From contig OZ250153.1 in NCBI GenBank assembly GCA_965237805.1, positions 1,024,001-1,088,000 of the forward strand: 64,000 bases of DNA, in the 5' to 3' direction. Under the pieces are notes generated by a model. It was given only the letters and a program-made list of their open reading frames with translations, did not search any database and had not been told where the DNA came from. This stretch comes from Gammaproteobacteria bacterium. GTDB lineage: Bacteria; Pseudomonadota; Gammaproteobacteria; JABABF01. Each line of letters begins with the position of its first letter. Within the stretch, counting starts at the first letter, position 1. Shown here piece after piece: positions 1 through 10,650 of this stretch. The translations under genes and the position numbers were made by a program.

Positions 1-2
1 CA

Positions 3-785
3 CGACTCGACGCCTCGCAGTGGAATGTGGACCAAGCGGCGGGACTATTGCTGTGTTCGGCGGCGACGGCGCGGCGCCACGGCGTGGCCGAGCAACGCTG
101 GCTATTCCCGTTGGCCGCCGCCGAAAACAATCATATGACCACTTTGCCAGCACGCGCCGAGCTGCACCGCTGCCACGGCATGCGGCTGGCCGTGGAGCGC
201 ACGCTGGACAACGGCGGCACGACGCTGGCCGAAGTGGATCTCTTGGATCTCTACAGCTGCTTCCCGTCAGCTCTGCGCTTGCAGCTGGAGGAACTGGGGC
301 TGGGGCGCGGACTCACACCGCCACCCACCATCACTGGCGGCATGCGCTTCGCTGGCGGGCCGCTCAACAACTATGTATTGCAAGCCACAGCGCGCATGGC
401 CATGCGCCTGCGCGGTGGCGATGGTCGCCGCGGCCTGATCAGCTGTGTCAGCGGTATCCTGCACAAGCAGGCGGCGGCGCTGTGGGGCACCCAAGCACCG
501 ACAGCACCATTCCGGAACGAAGAACTCGGCGCGGCGGTGGCCGCGACAGAGACAACGCGCCCGCAGCGTCCCGACTACTGCGGGGCAGCCACCGTGATCG
601 GCCACACCGTCAACTTCAGCCGCAACGGCGAGCCACAACAGGCAGTGGCCATCTGCGAGGGCAGGGGTGGCGAGCGCACTGTCGCCTGCTCCGAGGATGT
701 GGCGCTAATGGCCGCCATGATGGCCGAGAACTGGTGTGGCCGCGCCGTGGCGATCAGGACGGCGGGACGGTTGGAAGCTGCCTAA
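3..785 (+). CDS. Thiolase-like / acetyl-CoA acetyltransferase family protein (5'-truncated by window)
   Basis: Frame open from position 3; motifs NVDQAA, DLYSCFP and TGGMRFAGGPLNNY typical of thiolase-like proteins; TAA at 783-785. Confidence 0.75.
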   Translation, partial: RLDASQWNVDQAAGLLLCSAATARRHGVAEQRWLFPLAAAENNHMTTLPARAELHRCHGMRLAVERTLDNGGTTLAEVDLLDLYSCFPSALRLQLEELGLGRGLTPPPTITGGMRFAGGPLNNYVLQATARMAMRLRGGDGRRGLISCVSGILHKQAAALWGTQAPTAPFRNEELGAAVAATETTRPQRPDYCGAATVIGHTVNFSRNGEPQQAVAICEGRGGERTVACSEDVALMAAMMAENWCGRAVAIRTAGRLEAA

Positions 786-881
786 GGCCTCGGGCAGACC
801 AGCCAGCTCTTGGTGCACAGTGGCTCGGTGGCAGCGCATCGCGACAGCTGATGCGCCCGCACTAAGCGGGCGGTGTCACCC

Positions 882-1880
882 TCAACCGCCCACCCGCACC
901 GACAGCCGGCCACGCTGCTCGCCAGCCAGTAGTGCTGCCGCCCGTCCCGACACATCGGCCAGCGCCAGCTCCTCCGAAGCGATGGCATCCAGTGCTGCGT
1001 CGGGCAGTTCTGAGGCCAAGCGGTGCCAAGCGGTGCGGCGCAGCTCGGCCGAGCAGCTGACCGTGTCCACCCCCTGCAGGCGCACGCTGCGCAGGATGAA
1101 GGGCATCACATTGCCAGGCCATGCCGTCGCCCCGGCCAAGCCGCATGCCGCCACCGCGCCGCCATAGTTGGTCTGCGCCAATAAGCGCGCCAACACCAAG
1201 CCACCCACCGTATCCACCGCCCCGGCCCAACGCTGCTTCTCCAAGGGTCCCGAAGGGGCCTCGGCTTCCTCGCGCGACAGCAGTGCGGTGGCACCGAGGC
1301 CACGCAGATAGTCCCCCAAGGCTGAGTGACGCCCGCTGAGCGCCGTCACCTCATAGCCCAGCGCCGCCAGCAAAGCCACCGCCACACCACCGACACCACC
1401 GCCAGCACCGCTGACCGCCACCGCGCCCGCTGCCGGCCGCAGACCCGCATCCTCCAGGGCCATCACACAGAGCATCGCCGTCAGGCCAGCGGTGCCCACA
1501 CGCATCGCCCAACGCGCATCGCGACCCGGCGGCACCAGCGTCAGCATGGCCGCTGGCAAGCGGGCACGCTCGCTGTAACCGCCCCAACGCCGCTCGCCCA
1601 AGCCCTGTCCGGTGGCCAGCACCTGCGCACCCACCGGATAGTCCGCCACCGAGGACACCAGGACCTCGCCAGCCAGATCGATGCCCGGCACCATCGGGTA
1701 GTGGCGCACGATGCCCGGACGCCCGACCAGCGCCAGCGCATCCTTGTAATTCAGTGAGGAGTGACTAACCGCCACCAGTACCTCGCCCTCGGCGGCCTCG
1801 TCCAAGGCTCCGGCATCCAAGCGACGCAAGGCGGCAACCTCGCCCTCGGCCTCCAACACCAAGGCCTGAAAAGTGGTCAT
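882..1880 (-). CDS. acuI: Acrylyl-CoA reductase AcuI/YhdH family (MDR oxidoreductase)
   Basis: SSLNYKDALA, PGIDLAG, GTAGLTAM, GAGGGVG, AVDTVGG, VMPFILR motifs; 332 aa. Confidence 0.9.
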   Translation of the reverse strand: MTTFQALVLEAEGEVAALRRLDAGALDEAAEGEVLVAVSHSSLNYKDALALVGRPGIVRHYPMVPGIDLAGEVLVSSVADYPVGAQVLATGQGLGERRWGGYSERARLPAAMLTLVPPGRDARWAMRVGTAGLTAMLCVMALEDAGLRPAAGAVAVSGAGGGVGGVAVALLAALGYEVTALSGRHSALGDYLRGLGATALLSREEAEAPSGPLEKQRWAGAVDTVGGLVLARLLAQTNYGGAVAACGLAGATAWPGNVMPFILRSVRLQGVDTVSCSAELRRTAWHRLASELPDAALDAIASEELALADVSGRAAALLAGEQRGRLSVRVGG

Positions 1881-1908
1881 CGTGCCGCGCAGCGCGGCGG
1901 TGCAACGC

Positions 1909-2328
1909 TTAGAAAAGGACGATCAGCAACACCGCCACCGCCAAAGCGAAGTTGCTGAAAAATCCCACAGCGAAGCAGAGCGAGCGCAGCGGTGGCCGGT
2001 TGGCAGCGTAGGCCGCCCAGTGCCCGACGCGAGCCACGACATAGACACTCGCCGACAGGTTGACCCAGAATGGATCGACCGCGAAGATGATCGCGAGCGC
2101 GATGGTGACGATGAAGGCGCCGAAGTTTTCGAGCGAGTTCCCAAAACTTCGCGCCAAGCGGTAGGAGGTGTCGGCGTGGTCTGGCTCCACCAAAGAGCCG
2201 GGCACATGCGTACCTTGGCTGGCGCTATGCCGGATTGAGGCGCTGGTGATGTTTTGCAACATCACCATGAGCACCAACACAGATACGGCGATCAAGGACA
2301 AGGAGTAGGGGGAGACTAGTTCATGCAT
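1909..2328 (-). CDS. MAPEG family membrane protein
   Basis: ATG at 2328 after AGGA; four hydrophobic segments; YRLARSFGNSLEN and ARVGH MAPEG-like motifs. Confidence 0.8.
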   Translation of the reverse strand: MHELVSPYSLSLIAVSVLVLMVMLQNITSASIRHSASQGTHVPGSLVEPDHADTSYRLARSFGNSLENFGAFIVTIALAIIFAVDPFWVNLSASVYVVARVGHWAAYAANRPPLRSLCFAVGFFSNFALAVAVLLIVLF

Positions 2329-2801
2329 GATTGGATTCCTCGCTACCGATCGGCGAGGGTCCTCGCCGTTCAGATATGCCCCAGTATAGGCAATAGTGTC
2401 ACTGGGTGCTACCGAGTGGAAGTAGTTAATGGCATCGGCCAGTTGCCACACAGGGAGTAGGGCACCAGTTGGCGGTGATAACGATTCCTGTGCCCATGCC
2501 GTGCACCCTCACAGAACCAAGCTTCTCGGTTCCAAGCGTTGCCCCAAGCCACCACAGCCCCGCGAACAGCCCCTAACATCACGGGAGTGGTGATGCGTTC
2601 CCAAGGCAGTGTGTGGTGTAGAATATTTCCAACTGTGCCCGCCACGCCTCTCTGCACTTGCCTAGCGCAAGTCATGATGCGCACCTCGGCGGGCCTTTTC
2701 ATATCCCCGAACCGCGCTGGATGCTGCCCGCACCATCCATATGATGAGCCTTATTCTAGGGCGGTGGCAGAGCTTTTATCCCGACTATAGCACCACCCCC
2801 T

Positions 2802-4766
2802 TCAACCAACCCCCAACTCCTTCGCCCCCGCCACCAACTGCTCCACCACCGCCGGATCGGCTAGGGTCGAGATGTCGCCCATATTGTCGAACTCGCCAGC
2901 GGCGATGTGGCGCAGGATGCGGCGCATGATCTTGCCGGAGCGGGTCTTCGGCAAAGCCGGTGACCACTGCAAGCGCTCCGGTGTGGCAATCGGCCCGATC
3001 TGCGAGCGCAGCCAGTCGCGTAGCTTGGCCCGCAACGCCTCACTGGGCTCGGCATCGGCCACCAAAGTCACATAGACATGTAGCGCCTCTCCCTTGACCT
3101 CGTGCGGGCAGCCGACCACCGCCGCCTCGGCCACCTGCGGGTGCGCCACCAGCGCACTCTCCAACTCGGCGGTGCCCATGCGGTGTCCGGAGACATTGAG
3201 CACATCGTCCACGCGGCCGGTGATCCAGTAATCTCCGTCGGCATCGCGGCGGGCACCATCACCGGTGAAATACAAGCCCTCAAAAGTGGAAAAATAGGTG
3301 TCGATGAAGCGCTGGTGGTCGCCGTAGACCGTGCGCATCTGCCCCGGCCAGCTGTCCGTCAACACCAACTTGCCCTCGGCCTCGCCCTCCAAGCGCCGCC
3401 CGGCATCGTCCACCAAGGCGGGCTGAATGCCAAAAAATGGACGCGTGGCGGCACCGGGCTTGAGCGGCGTCGCCCCCGGCAATGGGCTGATCATGATGCC
3501 GCCAGTCTCGGTCTGCCACCAAGTGTCGACGATCGGGCAGCGTCCCCCGCCCACCACCTCGTGGTACCAGCGCCAAGCCTCCGGATTGATCGGCTCGCCG
3601 ACCGTGCCCAACAGCCGCAGCGAGCTGAGGTCGTGGCGGCGCACCGGCTCCTCGCCCTCACGCATCAACGCACGGATGGCGGTCGGGGCAGTGTAGAAGA
3701 CATTGACTTGATGGCGCTCGCAGATCTCCCAGAAGCGGCTGGCGTCGGGATAGTTCGGCAAGCCCTCGTAGACCACCGTGGTGGCCCCGTTGGCCAAGGG
3801 GCCGTAGACGATGTAGCTGTGGCCGGTAATCCAACCCACATCGGCTGTGCACCAGTACACCTCATCGTTCTGATAATCAAAGACATGCTGGTGGCTCAGC
3901 GAGGCATAGACCAAGTAGCCGCCGCTGGTGTGCAACACCCCCTTGGGGCGACCGGTGGAGCCGGAGGTATAGAGGATGAACAGCGGGTCCTCCGCCGACA
4001 TCGACACCGCCGGGCAGTCGGCGGGCAAGCTGGCGGACAGCTCGCCATAGTCGACATCGCGCCCCTCCTGCCACGGCACATCGGCACCGGTATAACGCAC
4101 CACCAGCACCTTTTCCAGCGACTCGACACGCGGGTCGGCAACCGCCTCGTCCACCGTCGTCTTCAGCGGCACCGGGCGACCGCCGCGGCGACCCTCATCG
4201 GCGGTGACGACGAAGCGCGAACCGCAGTCGGCAATGCGCCCGGCCAAGGAATTGGCGGAAAAGCCGCCGAAGACCACCGAGTGCACGGCACCGATGCGCG
4301 CACAGGCCAGCATCGCGTAGACCGCCTCTGGGATCATCGGCAGGTAGAGTGTGACGCGGTCGCCGCGCGCCACACCGATGGCCAGCAAGGCATTGGCGAA
4401 ACGGCACACCTCGGTGTACAGCTGGCGGTAACTGATGGAGCGGCTCTGCCCCGGCTCATCGCCCACCCACAACAACGCCGTGGCATCACCGCGCTCGGCC
4501 AAGTGGCGGTCGACGCAGTTGGCGCAGACATTGAGTTCGCCGTCGCTGTACCAGCGGATACGCAGGTCTTTGCTGGCGAAGGACACATCTTTGACCTGCC
4601 GATAGGGCTTGATCCAGTCGAGACGACGCCCCTGCTCGGCCCAGAAGCCCTTGTTGTCATCCACCGATTTGCGGTAGAGCTCCCGATAATCCTCCGCCGT
4701 CACCGCGGCGCGCTCTGCCATCTCCTCTGGCACCGGGTAGATCCGTTGCCGTCCATCTGCCGCCAT
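2802..4766 (-). CDS. acs: Acetyl-CoA synthetase (AMP-forming)
   Basis: [45 protein letters not shown]; 654 aa. Confidence 0.97.
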   Translation of the reverse strand: MAADGRQRIYPVPEEMAERAAVTAEDYRELYRKSVDDNKGFWAEQGRRLDWIKPYRQVKDVSFASKDLRIRWYSDGELNVCANCVDRHLAERGDATALLWVGDEPGQSRSISYRQLYTEVCRFANALLAIGVARGDRVTLYLPMIPEAVYAMLACARIGAVHSVVFGGFSANSLAGRIADCGSRFVVTADEGRRGGRPVPLKTTVDEAVADPRVESLEKVLVVRYTGADVPWQEGRDVDYGELSASLPADCPAVSMSAEDPLFILYTSGSTGRPKGVLHTSGGYLVYASLSHQHVFDYQNDEVYWCTADVGWITGHSYIVYGPLANGATTVVYEGLPNYPDASRFWEICERHQVNVFYTAPTAIRALMREGEEPVRRHDLSSLRLLGTVGEPINPEAWRWYHEVVGGGRCPIVDTWWQTETGGIMISPLPGATPLKPGAATRPFFGIQPALVDDAGRRLEGEAEGKLVLTDSWPGQMRTVYGDHQRFIDTYFSTFEGLYFTGDGARRDADGDYWITGRVDDVLNVSGHRMGTAELESALVAHPQVAEAAVVGCPHEVKGEALHVYVTLVADAEPSEALRAKLRDWLRSQIGPIATPERLQWSPALPKTRSGKIMRRILRHIAAGEFDNMGDISTLADPAVVEQLVAGAKELGVG

Positions 4767-4910
4767 CGTCTAAGTCTCCCAAGCCAGTGCGAACGGACAT
4801 GTTGCCGCATATGGCCGACAGACGCAACGCAAAGCATGGGCGGCGGCACGCAAGGGGGATCTTGCTAAAATGGCGCTTTGAACAATACAGTGCGACATCT
4901 GGAAAGCGCT

Positions 4911-5522
4911 ATGGAAATCGCCTTGATCTGCGGGAGCCAACGACCGGACTCTGAGAGTGCGCGTGTGGGGCATTTTCTGGAACGGCGGCTGCATGAGGAG
5001 GGCTTGTGCGAGGCGACTTGGCGGCTGGAGCTGGGTGAGACGCCGTTGCCGCTGTGGCGACCCGGCGTGCAACAAGATCCAGCACATGGCGAGCGGCTAG
5101 CCGAGCTCGGAGAGCGGCTGGCAGCGGCCGACGGCTTGGTCATCATCAGCCCTGAATGGTGTGGCATGGTGCCCGGAGCACTGAAAAACTTCTTCCTGCT
5201 CTGGGGACCAGATCAACTCGCCAACAAACCAGCTCTGCCAGTGGCGGTCTCCAGCGAAGACGGCGGGGCCTATCCCATCGCCGAGCTGCGCATGAGCAGC
5301 TACAAAAACAGCCGCCTGCTCTATGTGCCCGAAAACCTGATCGTGCGCTGGGTCGGCGAGCGACTGCACAAGACCTTGTCCGCAGAGCATCCCGAAGCCG
5401 ACCGGATGCTACGCGAACGCGCCGACTACGCCTTGGGGCAACTGTGCGCCTACGCCAAGGCGCTGGCCCCGCAACGAGCCAGCGGCGCACTCGATGTCGG
5501 CAACTACGATAGCGGTATGTGA
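4911..5522 (+). CDS. NADPH-dependent FMN reductase (flavodoxin-like)
   Basis: GSQRPDSES, ADGLVIISPEWCGMVPGALKNF, LANKP motifs. Confidence 0.85.
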   Translation: MEIALICGSQRPDSESARVGHFLERRLHEEGLCEATWRLELGETPLPLWRPGVQQDPAHGERLAELGERLAAADGLVIISPEWCGMVPGALKNFFLLWGPDQLANKPALPVAVSSEDGGAYPIAELRMSSYKNSRLLYVPENLIVRWVGERLHKTLSAEHPEADRMLRERADYALGQLCAYAKALAPQRASGALDVGNYDSGM

Positions 5523-5539
5523 GTGCCCAGACACAGCGA

Positions 5540-6403
5540 TCAGGGCGCGGCGGTGGCCCCGTCGTGAGCAGCGTCGGCCGCGGCCGCTTGCCGCGCTCTC
5601 TCTCGCAGCGCCTCGCCTTTGACATAGCGCTCGTAGCGCTCGTGCGCGACCAAGTAGTCGACAACGCGCAGCATCTCCTCCATGTCGCGGCTGGCGCGCA
5701 CTTGGTAAGTGCCAGCGATGATCATGGCCGGCGTGCCGCCGATGGCGTGGGCGCGCATGCGCGCCTCGGCCTGAACCGGTGACCTAGCGACGCTGAAAGA
5801 TGACCACGCCCGCTCGAAATCCGCGCGCGGCACACCGGCCTTGACAAAGAAATCAGCCAGTGCCGAAGCCGTGTGCAATGGCTGTTGTTGCATCGCCAAG
5901 GCGCTGAACAAGGCCTCGTGGATGTCATCCAAGCGCCCCAGCGCCTTGGCCGTGTAATAGGCGCGCGCATGCGGCTTCATCAGATCGCGCCAGACAGCCG
6001 GTGCCGCGCTGAAGCGCACATCGGATGGCTGGCGGGTCACCCAGAGACGCAAGATTGGCTCGAACAGCGCACAGTGCGGACAGCCATACCAGAAAAACTC
6101 GATGACCTCAATGCGTTTGGATGAGCTGGGCTGCGGAGTCTGCAACCGGGCATAGTGCTCGCCCTCATGGTAGATTTCTTCCGGTTTGGGCGGTGGTGTA
6201 CGACGGGAGGGGGGGGCGCGCTTGGCGACTGGCGCGGCGCGGCGCGTCTGCTGCTGGCGGACAACAGCGGGCTTGGAAGCGGGCTCGGCGGCTTCCTGTT
6301 GTGGCACCTTGGCTGGCCCAAAAAAATCGCCCGCCCAAGCCGGGGCGGCCACCAGCCCCATCAACAAGGCGACCGGAACCAGCACCCCAAATGGCCGCTG
6401 CAC
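5540..6403 (-). CDS. dsbA: Thiol:disulfide interchange protein DsbA with Pro/Ala/Arg-rich N-terminal extension
   Basis: Signal peptide (..PAWA|G), VIEFFWYGCPHC, GGTPA cis-Pro loop; GTG 6403 start is an estimate. Confidence 0.9.
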   Translation of the reverse strand: MQRPFGVLVPVALLMGLVAAPAWAGDFFGPAKVPQQEAAEPASKPAVVRQQQTRRAAPVAKRAPPSRRTPPPKPEEIYHEGEHYARLQTPQPSSSKRIEVIEFFWYGCPHCALFEPILRLWVTRQPSDVRFSAAPAVWRDLMKPHARAYYTAKALGRLDDIHEALFSALAMQQQPLHTASALADFFVKAGVPRADFERAWSSFSVARSPVQAEARMRAHAIGGTPAMIIAGTYQVRASRDMEEMLRVVDYLVAHERYERYVKGEALRERARQAAAADAAHDGATAAP

Positions 6404-6422
6404 CGGGGAAGTGCGCCGCAGC

Positions 6423-7052
6423 TCAGCGCAGACCTTGGGCATAATTGGCCACCGCCTCCATCTCGCTTTCACTGAGGAATTGTACTACCCCGGCCATCAC
6501 CTCGGCAGTGGCATCATGAAGACGCCGACGCTCACGGTAATCCTTGAGTCTGGCAACAATGTAGTCGGCGTGCTGGCCAGCGATGCGCGGAAACCCCGCC
6601 GGCGCGTTGCCAGCTCCGTGCGGTGAATGGCAGGCGCTGCAAGCTGGCACACTCTTCGCGGCGATGCCAGCACGGTAGATGCGCTCGCCGAGCGCCAACT
6701 GCTCGCGCCGCGCAACACCGGCACTCATCGCCTGGCTCGCGAACCATGCCGCTATATCGCGCAAGTCTTGCCCGTCCATGCCATCCAACTGGCCAGCCAT
6801 GCTTGGCACCGGATAGGTGCCGCTCTGGATGGCGCGCAGCTGCCGTAGCAAATATTTCGTGTTTTGACCCGCCAGCTTGGGGAAAATCGGGCTCAGGCTG
6901 TTGCCGTCGACATTGTGGCAGGCGACGCAGGAAGCGGCCTTGACGCGGCCAGCGGCAGCGTCCCCACCGTCGGCAGCCGATGCATCGACCAGAACTAACG
7001 CGCCGCACAAGGCAAAGACCATCGAGCAGGGCGCTGGGATCGTACGCCTCAT
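6423..7052 (-). CDS. Diheme cytochrome c4
   Basis: Two CxxCH (CVACH, CSACH), FPKLAGQ/FPRIAGQ; ATG overlaps the upstream gene's TGA. Confidence 0.92.
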   Translation of the reverse strand: MRRTIPAPCSMVFALCGALVLVDASAADGGDAAAGRVKAASCVACHNVDGNSLSPIFPKLAGQNTKYLLRQLRAIQSGTYPVPSMAGQLDGMDGQDLRDIAAWFASQAMSAGVARREQLALGERIYRAGIAAKSVPACSACHSPHGAGNAPAGFPRIAGQHADYIVARLKDYRERRRLHDATAEVMAGVVQFLSESEMEAVANYAQGLR

Positions 7053-7417
7053 CGCTGGGATTCCATCATGTAGACAATTAACAGGCGCAGATCTTCGTCG
7101 GCGCAATCGGGGCAAGCGCCCATCGGCGGCATCGCATTATACCCCTGCCGTACATTGGCCACGAGCGCCGCCATGCCCTTTTGAGCCACCAGTTCCCCCC
7201 AGCGCGGGTCGCCGAGGCGCGGCGCATTGGCGACACCAGCAGCGTGGCAAGTGATGCAGCTGCTGAGGAAAAGCCCCTCGATGCGCGCGCTCTCGGTGGC
7301 ATCCTCGACACCAGCACCCACCGACCCAGCCCGCTCGCCACAGCTGGCGGCCAGTGTCAACGACAGGGCGAGGCCGAACAGACCGCCGCGCTGAACCGAG
7401 CGCGGCAAAGCGATCAT
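7049..7417 (-). CDS. Cytochrome c5-like monoheme protein
   Basis: CITCH, APRLGD, GYNAMPPMGACPDC. Confidence 0.9.
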   Translation of the reverse strand: MIALPRSVQRGGLFGLALSLTLAASCGERAGSVGAGVEDATESARIEGLFLSSCITCHAAGVANAPRLGDPRWGELVAQKGMAALVANVRQGYNAMPPMGACPDCADEDLRLLIVYMMESQR

Positions 7418-8508
7418 CCCTGTCGCCCCTGTGCCAGATACTCCCGCGAGCGCATTTCCACCAGTCGGCTACGAGTGCGCTCAAACTCCGCCGCCAAGCG
7501 CTCGCCGACATACAAGTCCCCCAGCTGCACCGCCGCCGACAGCACCAAGTTGACGCGGCTGTCATAGAGCACATCGACCAAGTTGACGAAGCGCCTCGCC
7601 TGATCGTCGCTGGCCGCATCCAAGCGTGGCACGCCGCTGAGGAACACCGTGTGGCACTCCTGAGCCAGCTCCAGATAGTCGTGTTGTGAGCGCGGGCCAT
7701 CGCACAGCGCTGCAAAATCAAACCACATGACATCGTCACCCGCTCGCCGCAGCGCGATCTGGCGACCGTTGAGTTCGACCGAAGCCCCGGGCTGGTCGGC
7801 GTGCGGGCCACCCGGCGAGATCCCTTGAAAACGCTCGGCCAAAGCTTGCTCGGCACACTCATCCAAGGGGCTATGGTACAGCGATACTCCGGCCAAGACC
7901 CGCAGGCGGTAGTCTTCGCCCGCCGCCATATGGTGCACTTCGCATTGCTCGCAGAGCAGCTTGATGGCGGGCAGGAAACGCGGTCGTTGCAAGCCGTCCC
8001 GGTACAAGTCGTGCGGCGCTATATTGGAGGTGGTCACCAACACCACATCATTGTCGAACAGCGCCTGTAACAAGCGCTTGAGGATCATCGCATCACCGAT
8101 GTCGAGAACCAAGAACTCATCTAGGCACAGCACCCGCGCCCGCTCGGCGATGCGCTCCGCCACCGATGCCAATGGATCGGCCCGCCCAGACAACTCGCGC
8201 AACTGACCGTGCACACCGCGCATAAAGCGGTGAAAGTGCTCCCGTAACCAAAGATCAGCGGGCAGGCAATGGCACAACAGATCCATCAGCCGCGTCTTGC
8301 CGCGACCGACGCCGCCAAAGAGGTAGAGTCCGCACGTCGACGACTGGCCGCGCTGGAAATACCGCCAGATGCGGTGCGCAAAATTGTCCGGCAAGACTTC
8401 GCTGTAGACCCGCTGTATGCTCTGCATCGCCAGTCTTTGCGCAGGATCTGGCCGCAACTCACCACTGTGCAGGGCGCGGCGGTAGGCTTGCGCTGGATTT
8501 GTCGACAT
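7414..8508 (-). CDS. zapE: Cell division ATPase ZapE (AFG1 family)
   Basis: GLYLFGGVGRGKT Walker A, HFHRFM, LCLDEF Walker B, DGLQRPRFLP, RTRSRLVEM. Confidence 0.93.
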   Translation of the reverse strand: MSTNPAQAYRRALHSGELRPDPAQRLAMQSIQRVYSEVLPDNFAHRIWRYFQRGQSSTCGLYLFGGVGRGKTRLMDLLCHCLPADLWLREHFHRFMRGVHGQLRELSGRADPLASVAERIAERARVLCLDEFLVLDIGDAMILKRLLQALFDNDVVLVTTSNIAPHDLYRDGLQRPRFLPAIKLLCEQCEVHHMAAGEDYRLRVLAGVSLYHSPLDECAEQALAERFQGISPGGPHADQPGASVELNGRQIALRRAGDDVMWFDFAALCDGPRSQHDYLELAQECHTVFLSGVPRLDAASDDQARRFVNLVDVLYDSRVNLVLSAAVQLGDLYVGERLAAEFERTRSRLVEMRSREYLAQGRQG

Positions 8509-8677
8509 GTTTAAACGCCCGCGCCGATGCCGGACTACAACGATTGGCGGGTACCGAACAGAGCGGATGCAATGCGAGGCGAGGGACACCGAAGCATGCG
8601 GCATGGCCATGGCACGACAGGATTAGACTGTAGACACGGCGGCGCAACTATAGCACAGGGAGGGGGTGCAGGATCCG

Positions 8678-9439
8678 TCAAACCGGATTGTCGATGTCGA
8701 TGTTCTGGTGCTCAATGCCAAGCGCATCGGCCAAGTAGTCGCCGACGGCACGCGCACCGCCACGCTCGGTGGCGTGGTGCCCAGCCGCATAGAAATGCAT
8801 CCCGCTCTCGCGCGCCAAATGCACCGTCTGCTCAGAAACCTCACCGCTGAGATAGGCATCGACACCATGCGCGAGCGCTCGCTCGGCCAGTGACTGCGCC
8901 GCACCGGTACACCAAGCCACCGTGTGCACCATGGCATCACCATCGCCGATATGCAATGGTACGCGCCCCAAGCGCTCGCTCAGCTTCACGGCGAAGGCCG
9001 CTGCCGTTATCGGCTCGGCCAAGCGACCGACTGAGCCGGGCGTCGACGGGTCGTCGGCCACCAGCGGCCCATCGGTCTGCAAGTCGAGCATGAGCGCCAA
9101 TTGGGCGTTGTTACCATAGCGCGGGTGCGCGTCCAGCGGCAGGTGGTAGGCCAAAAGGCTGATGTCGTGCTGCAACAGCAACGCGATGCGACGGCGCTTC
9201 ATGCCGACCAGCTGCGGTGCCTCGCCGCGCCAAAAGTAGCCATGATGCACAAACAGCGCGTCGGCCTCGACAGCCACGGCCGCTTCGATCAACGCTTCGC
9301 TCGCCGTCACCCCGCTGACCAAGCGCCGCACCTGCGAGCGCCCCTCCACCTGCAGGCCGTTGGGACAGTAGTCATTAAAACGCTGCGGCTCCAGCAACTT
9401 GTCAGCCGCCGTCACCAAGGTTTGCAAAGCTGTGCTCAT
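8678..9439 (-). CDS. Nif3-like dinuclear metal-centre protein (YbgI/DUF34)
   Basis: DYCPNGLQVEG, VHHGYFW, YHLPLDAHP, AGHHATER. Confidence 0.92.
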   Translation of the reverse strand: MSTALQTLVTAADKLLEPQRFNDYCPNGLQVEGRSQVRRLVSGVTASEALIEAAVAVEADALFVHHGYFWRGEAPQLVGMKRRRIALLLQHDISLLAYHLPLDAHPRYGNNAQLALMLDLQTDGPLVADDPSTPGSVGRLAEPITAAAFAVKLSERLGRVPLHIGDGDAMVHTVAWCTGAAQSLAERALAHGVDAYLSGEVSEQTVHLARESGMHFYAAGHHATERGGARAVGDYLADALGIEHQNIDIDNPV

Positions 9440-9458
9440 GGTGCTTTCGCCCTCTTTT

Positions 9459-10589
9459 TCATACGTCCAGACGCACTGGTCGCATCGCCAAACATTCCCC
9501 CAGCGCCCGCAGAAAGGTGGCATTCTCCGCCGGTGCACCGATGGTCACCCGCAGACAGCCGCCGAGTGCCGGATGACCGCCATGCAGGCATTTGATCGAC
9601 ACCCCGCGTTCACGCAAGCCCTCCCACAGCGCCTCGACACGCTCGGCATCGACCCGAAACAGCAGAAAATTCCCCGAGCTGGGCCACACCTGCACCCCGG
9701 ACATTGAGGCCAGCGACGTACACAGCGCCTCGCGCTCTTCACACAGCATCTCTGCTCGGCGACGAAACTCCCCGTAATGCTGTAGCGCCAGCTCGGCCGC
9801 CGCCTGCGTCAGCGCACTCAAATTGTAGGGCAGGCGCAATTTAGCAATCTGCTCCAGTGCCGCAGGTGCCCCGACCAAGAACCCCAGCCGCAGCCCGGCC
9901 AAGCCCAGCTTGGACAGCGTGCGCAACACCAGTACATTGCGGTAATCATCGAGCAAGGGCAGGTGATCCACGCCGCTGAAGACCATATAGGCCTCATCCA
10001 AGACCACCAAGCCGGGAGCCGCCTCAATCAACCCGCGCAGCTCGGCCAGCGGTAACAACGCACCGCTGGGATTGTGCGGCAACGCCAGCAAAGTCAGCGC
10101 GGGCCGCCGTTGCTGCAGAGCCGTGCGCAGAGCCGCACTGTCCAGTTGAAAGTCCGCATCCAGCGATACACCGCAATAGCTGGCACCAGCGGCCTCAGCC
10201 AAAATGCGGTACATGGCAAAGCCGGGCTCCGGACTCAACACACAGCGCCCCGGTCCGGCCACTGCCACCATCAGCCATTGCAGGATTTCATCCGAGCCGT
10301 TGCCGAGCAACAGCTGCCAGCGCTCTGGTATATCCAAGGCAGTGCGCAAAGCATGGCGCAGCTGCCGCGCCTCGGGATCTGGATAGCGGTTGATCGGCAC
10401 CGAGGCGAGCCGCTCGCGCCACGCCGCGACCAACGCCTCGGGCCAACTCCACGGGCTCTCCATCGCGTCGAGGCGCAGGGTCCCGGCGGGCGGCGGGGGC
10501 AAGGCACTATAGGCCTTGAGCGCACGCAGCTCGAGCCGCAACCACTGCTCTGGCCCCGGGCCGCTACCGGGGGCCGCCTCAGCACACAT
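9459..10589 (-). CDS. hisC: Histidinol-phosphate aminotransferase
   Basis: NRYPD, GNGSDE, NPSG, DEAY, RTLSKLGLAGLRLG; follows hisD. Confidence 0.93.
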   Translation of the reverse strand: MCAEAAPGSGPGPEQWLRLELRALKAYSALPPPPAGTLRLDAMESPWSWPEALVAAWRERLASVPINRYPDPEARQLRHALRTALDIPERWQLLLGNGSDEILQWLMVAVAGPGRCVLSPEPGFAMYRILAEAAGASYCGVSLDADFQLDSAALRTALQQRRPALTLLALPHNPSGALLPLAELRGLIEAAPGLVVLDEAYMVFSGVDHLPLLDDYRNVLVLRTLSKLGLAGLRLGFLVGAPAALEQIAKLRLPYNLSALTQAAAELALQHYGEFRRRAEMLCEEREALCTSLASMSGVQVWPSSGNFLLFRVDAERVEALWEGLRERGVSIKCLHGGHPALGGCLRVTIGAPAENATFLRALGECLAMRPVRLDV

Positions 10590-10650
10590 ATTGGACAGCC
10601 AGACTCAGCACAGCACGAGGCACCTCCCTCTGCCGCCGGATGCTGGCACC

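Noticed and set aside
2505-2540. Minus-strand GAACCGAG..GGTTCTGTGAGGG resembling group II intron domain V or the 6S RNA 3' stem
   Set aside because: No catalytic triad or domain VI geometry, no RT ORF, no long 6S-like duplex visible
3102-4868. 588-aa ORF antisense to acs; similar ones at 12407-13600 and 55375-56661
   Set aside because: Shadow ORFs of high-GC coding strands; no recognisable motifs
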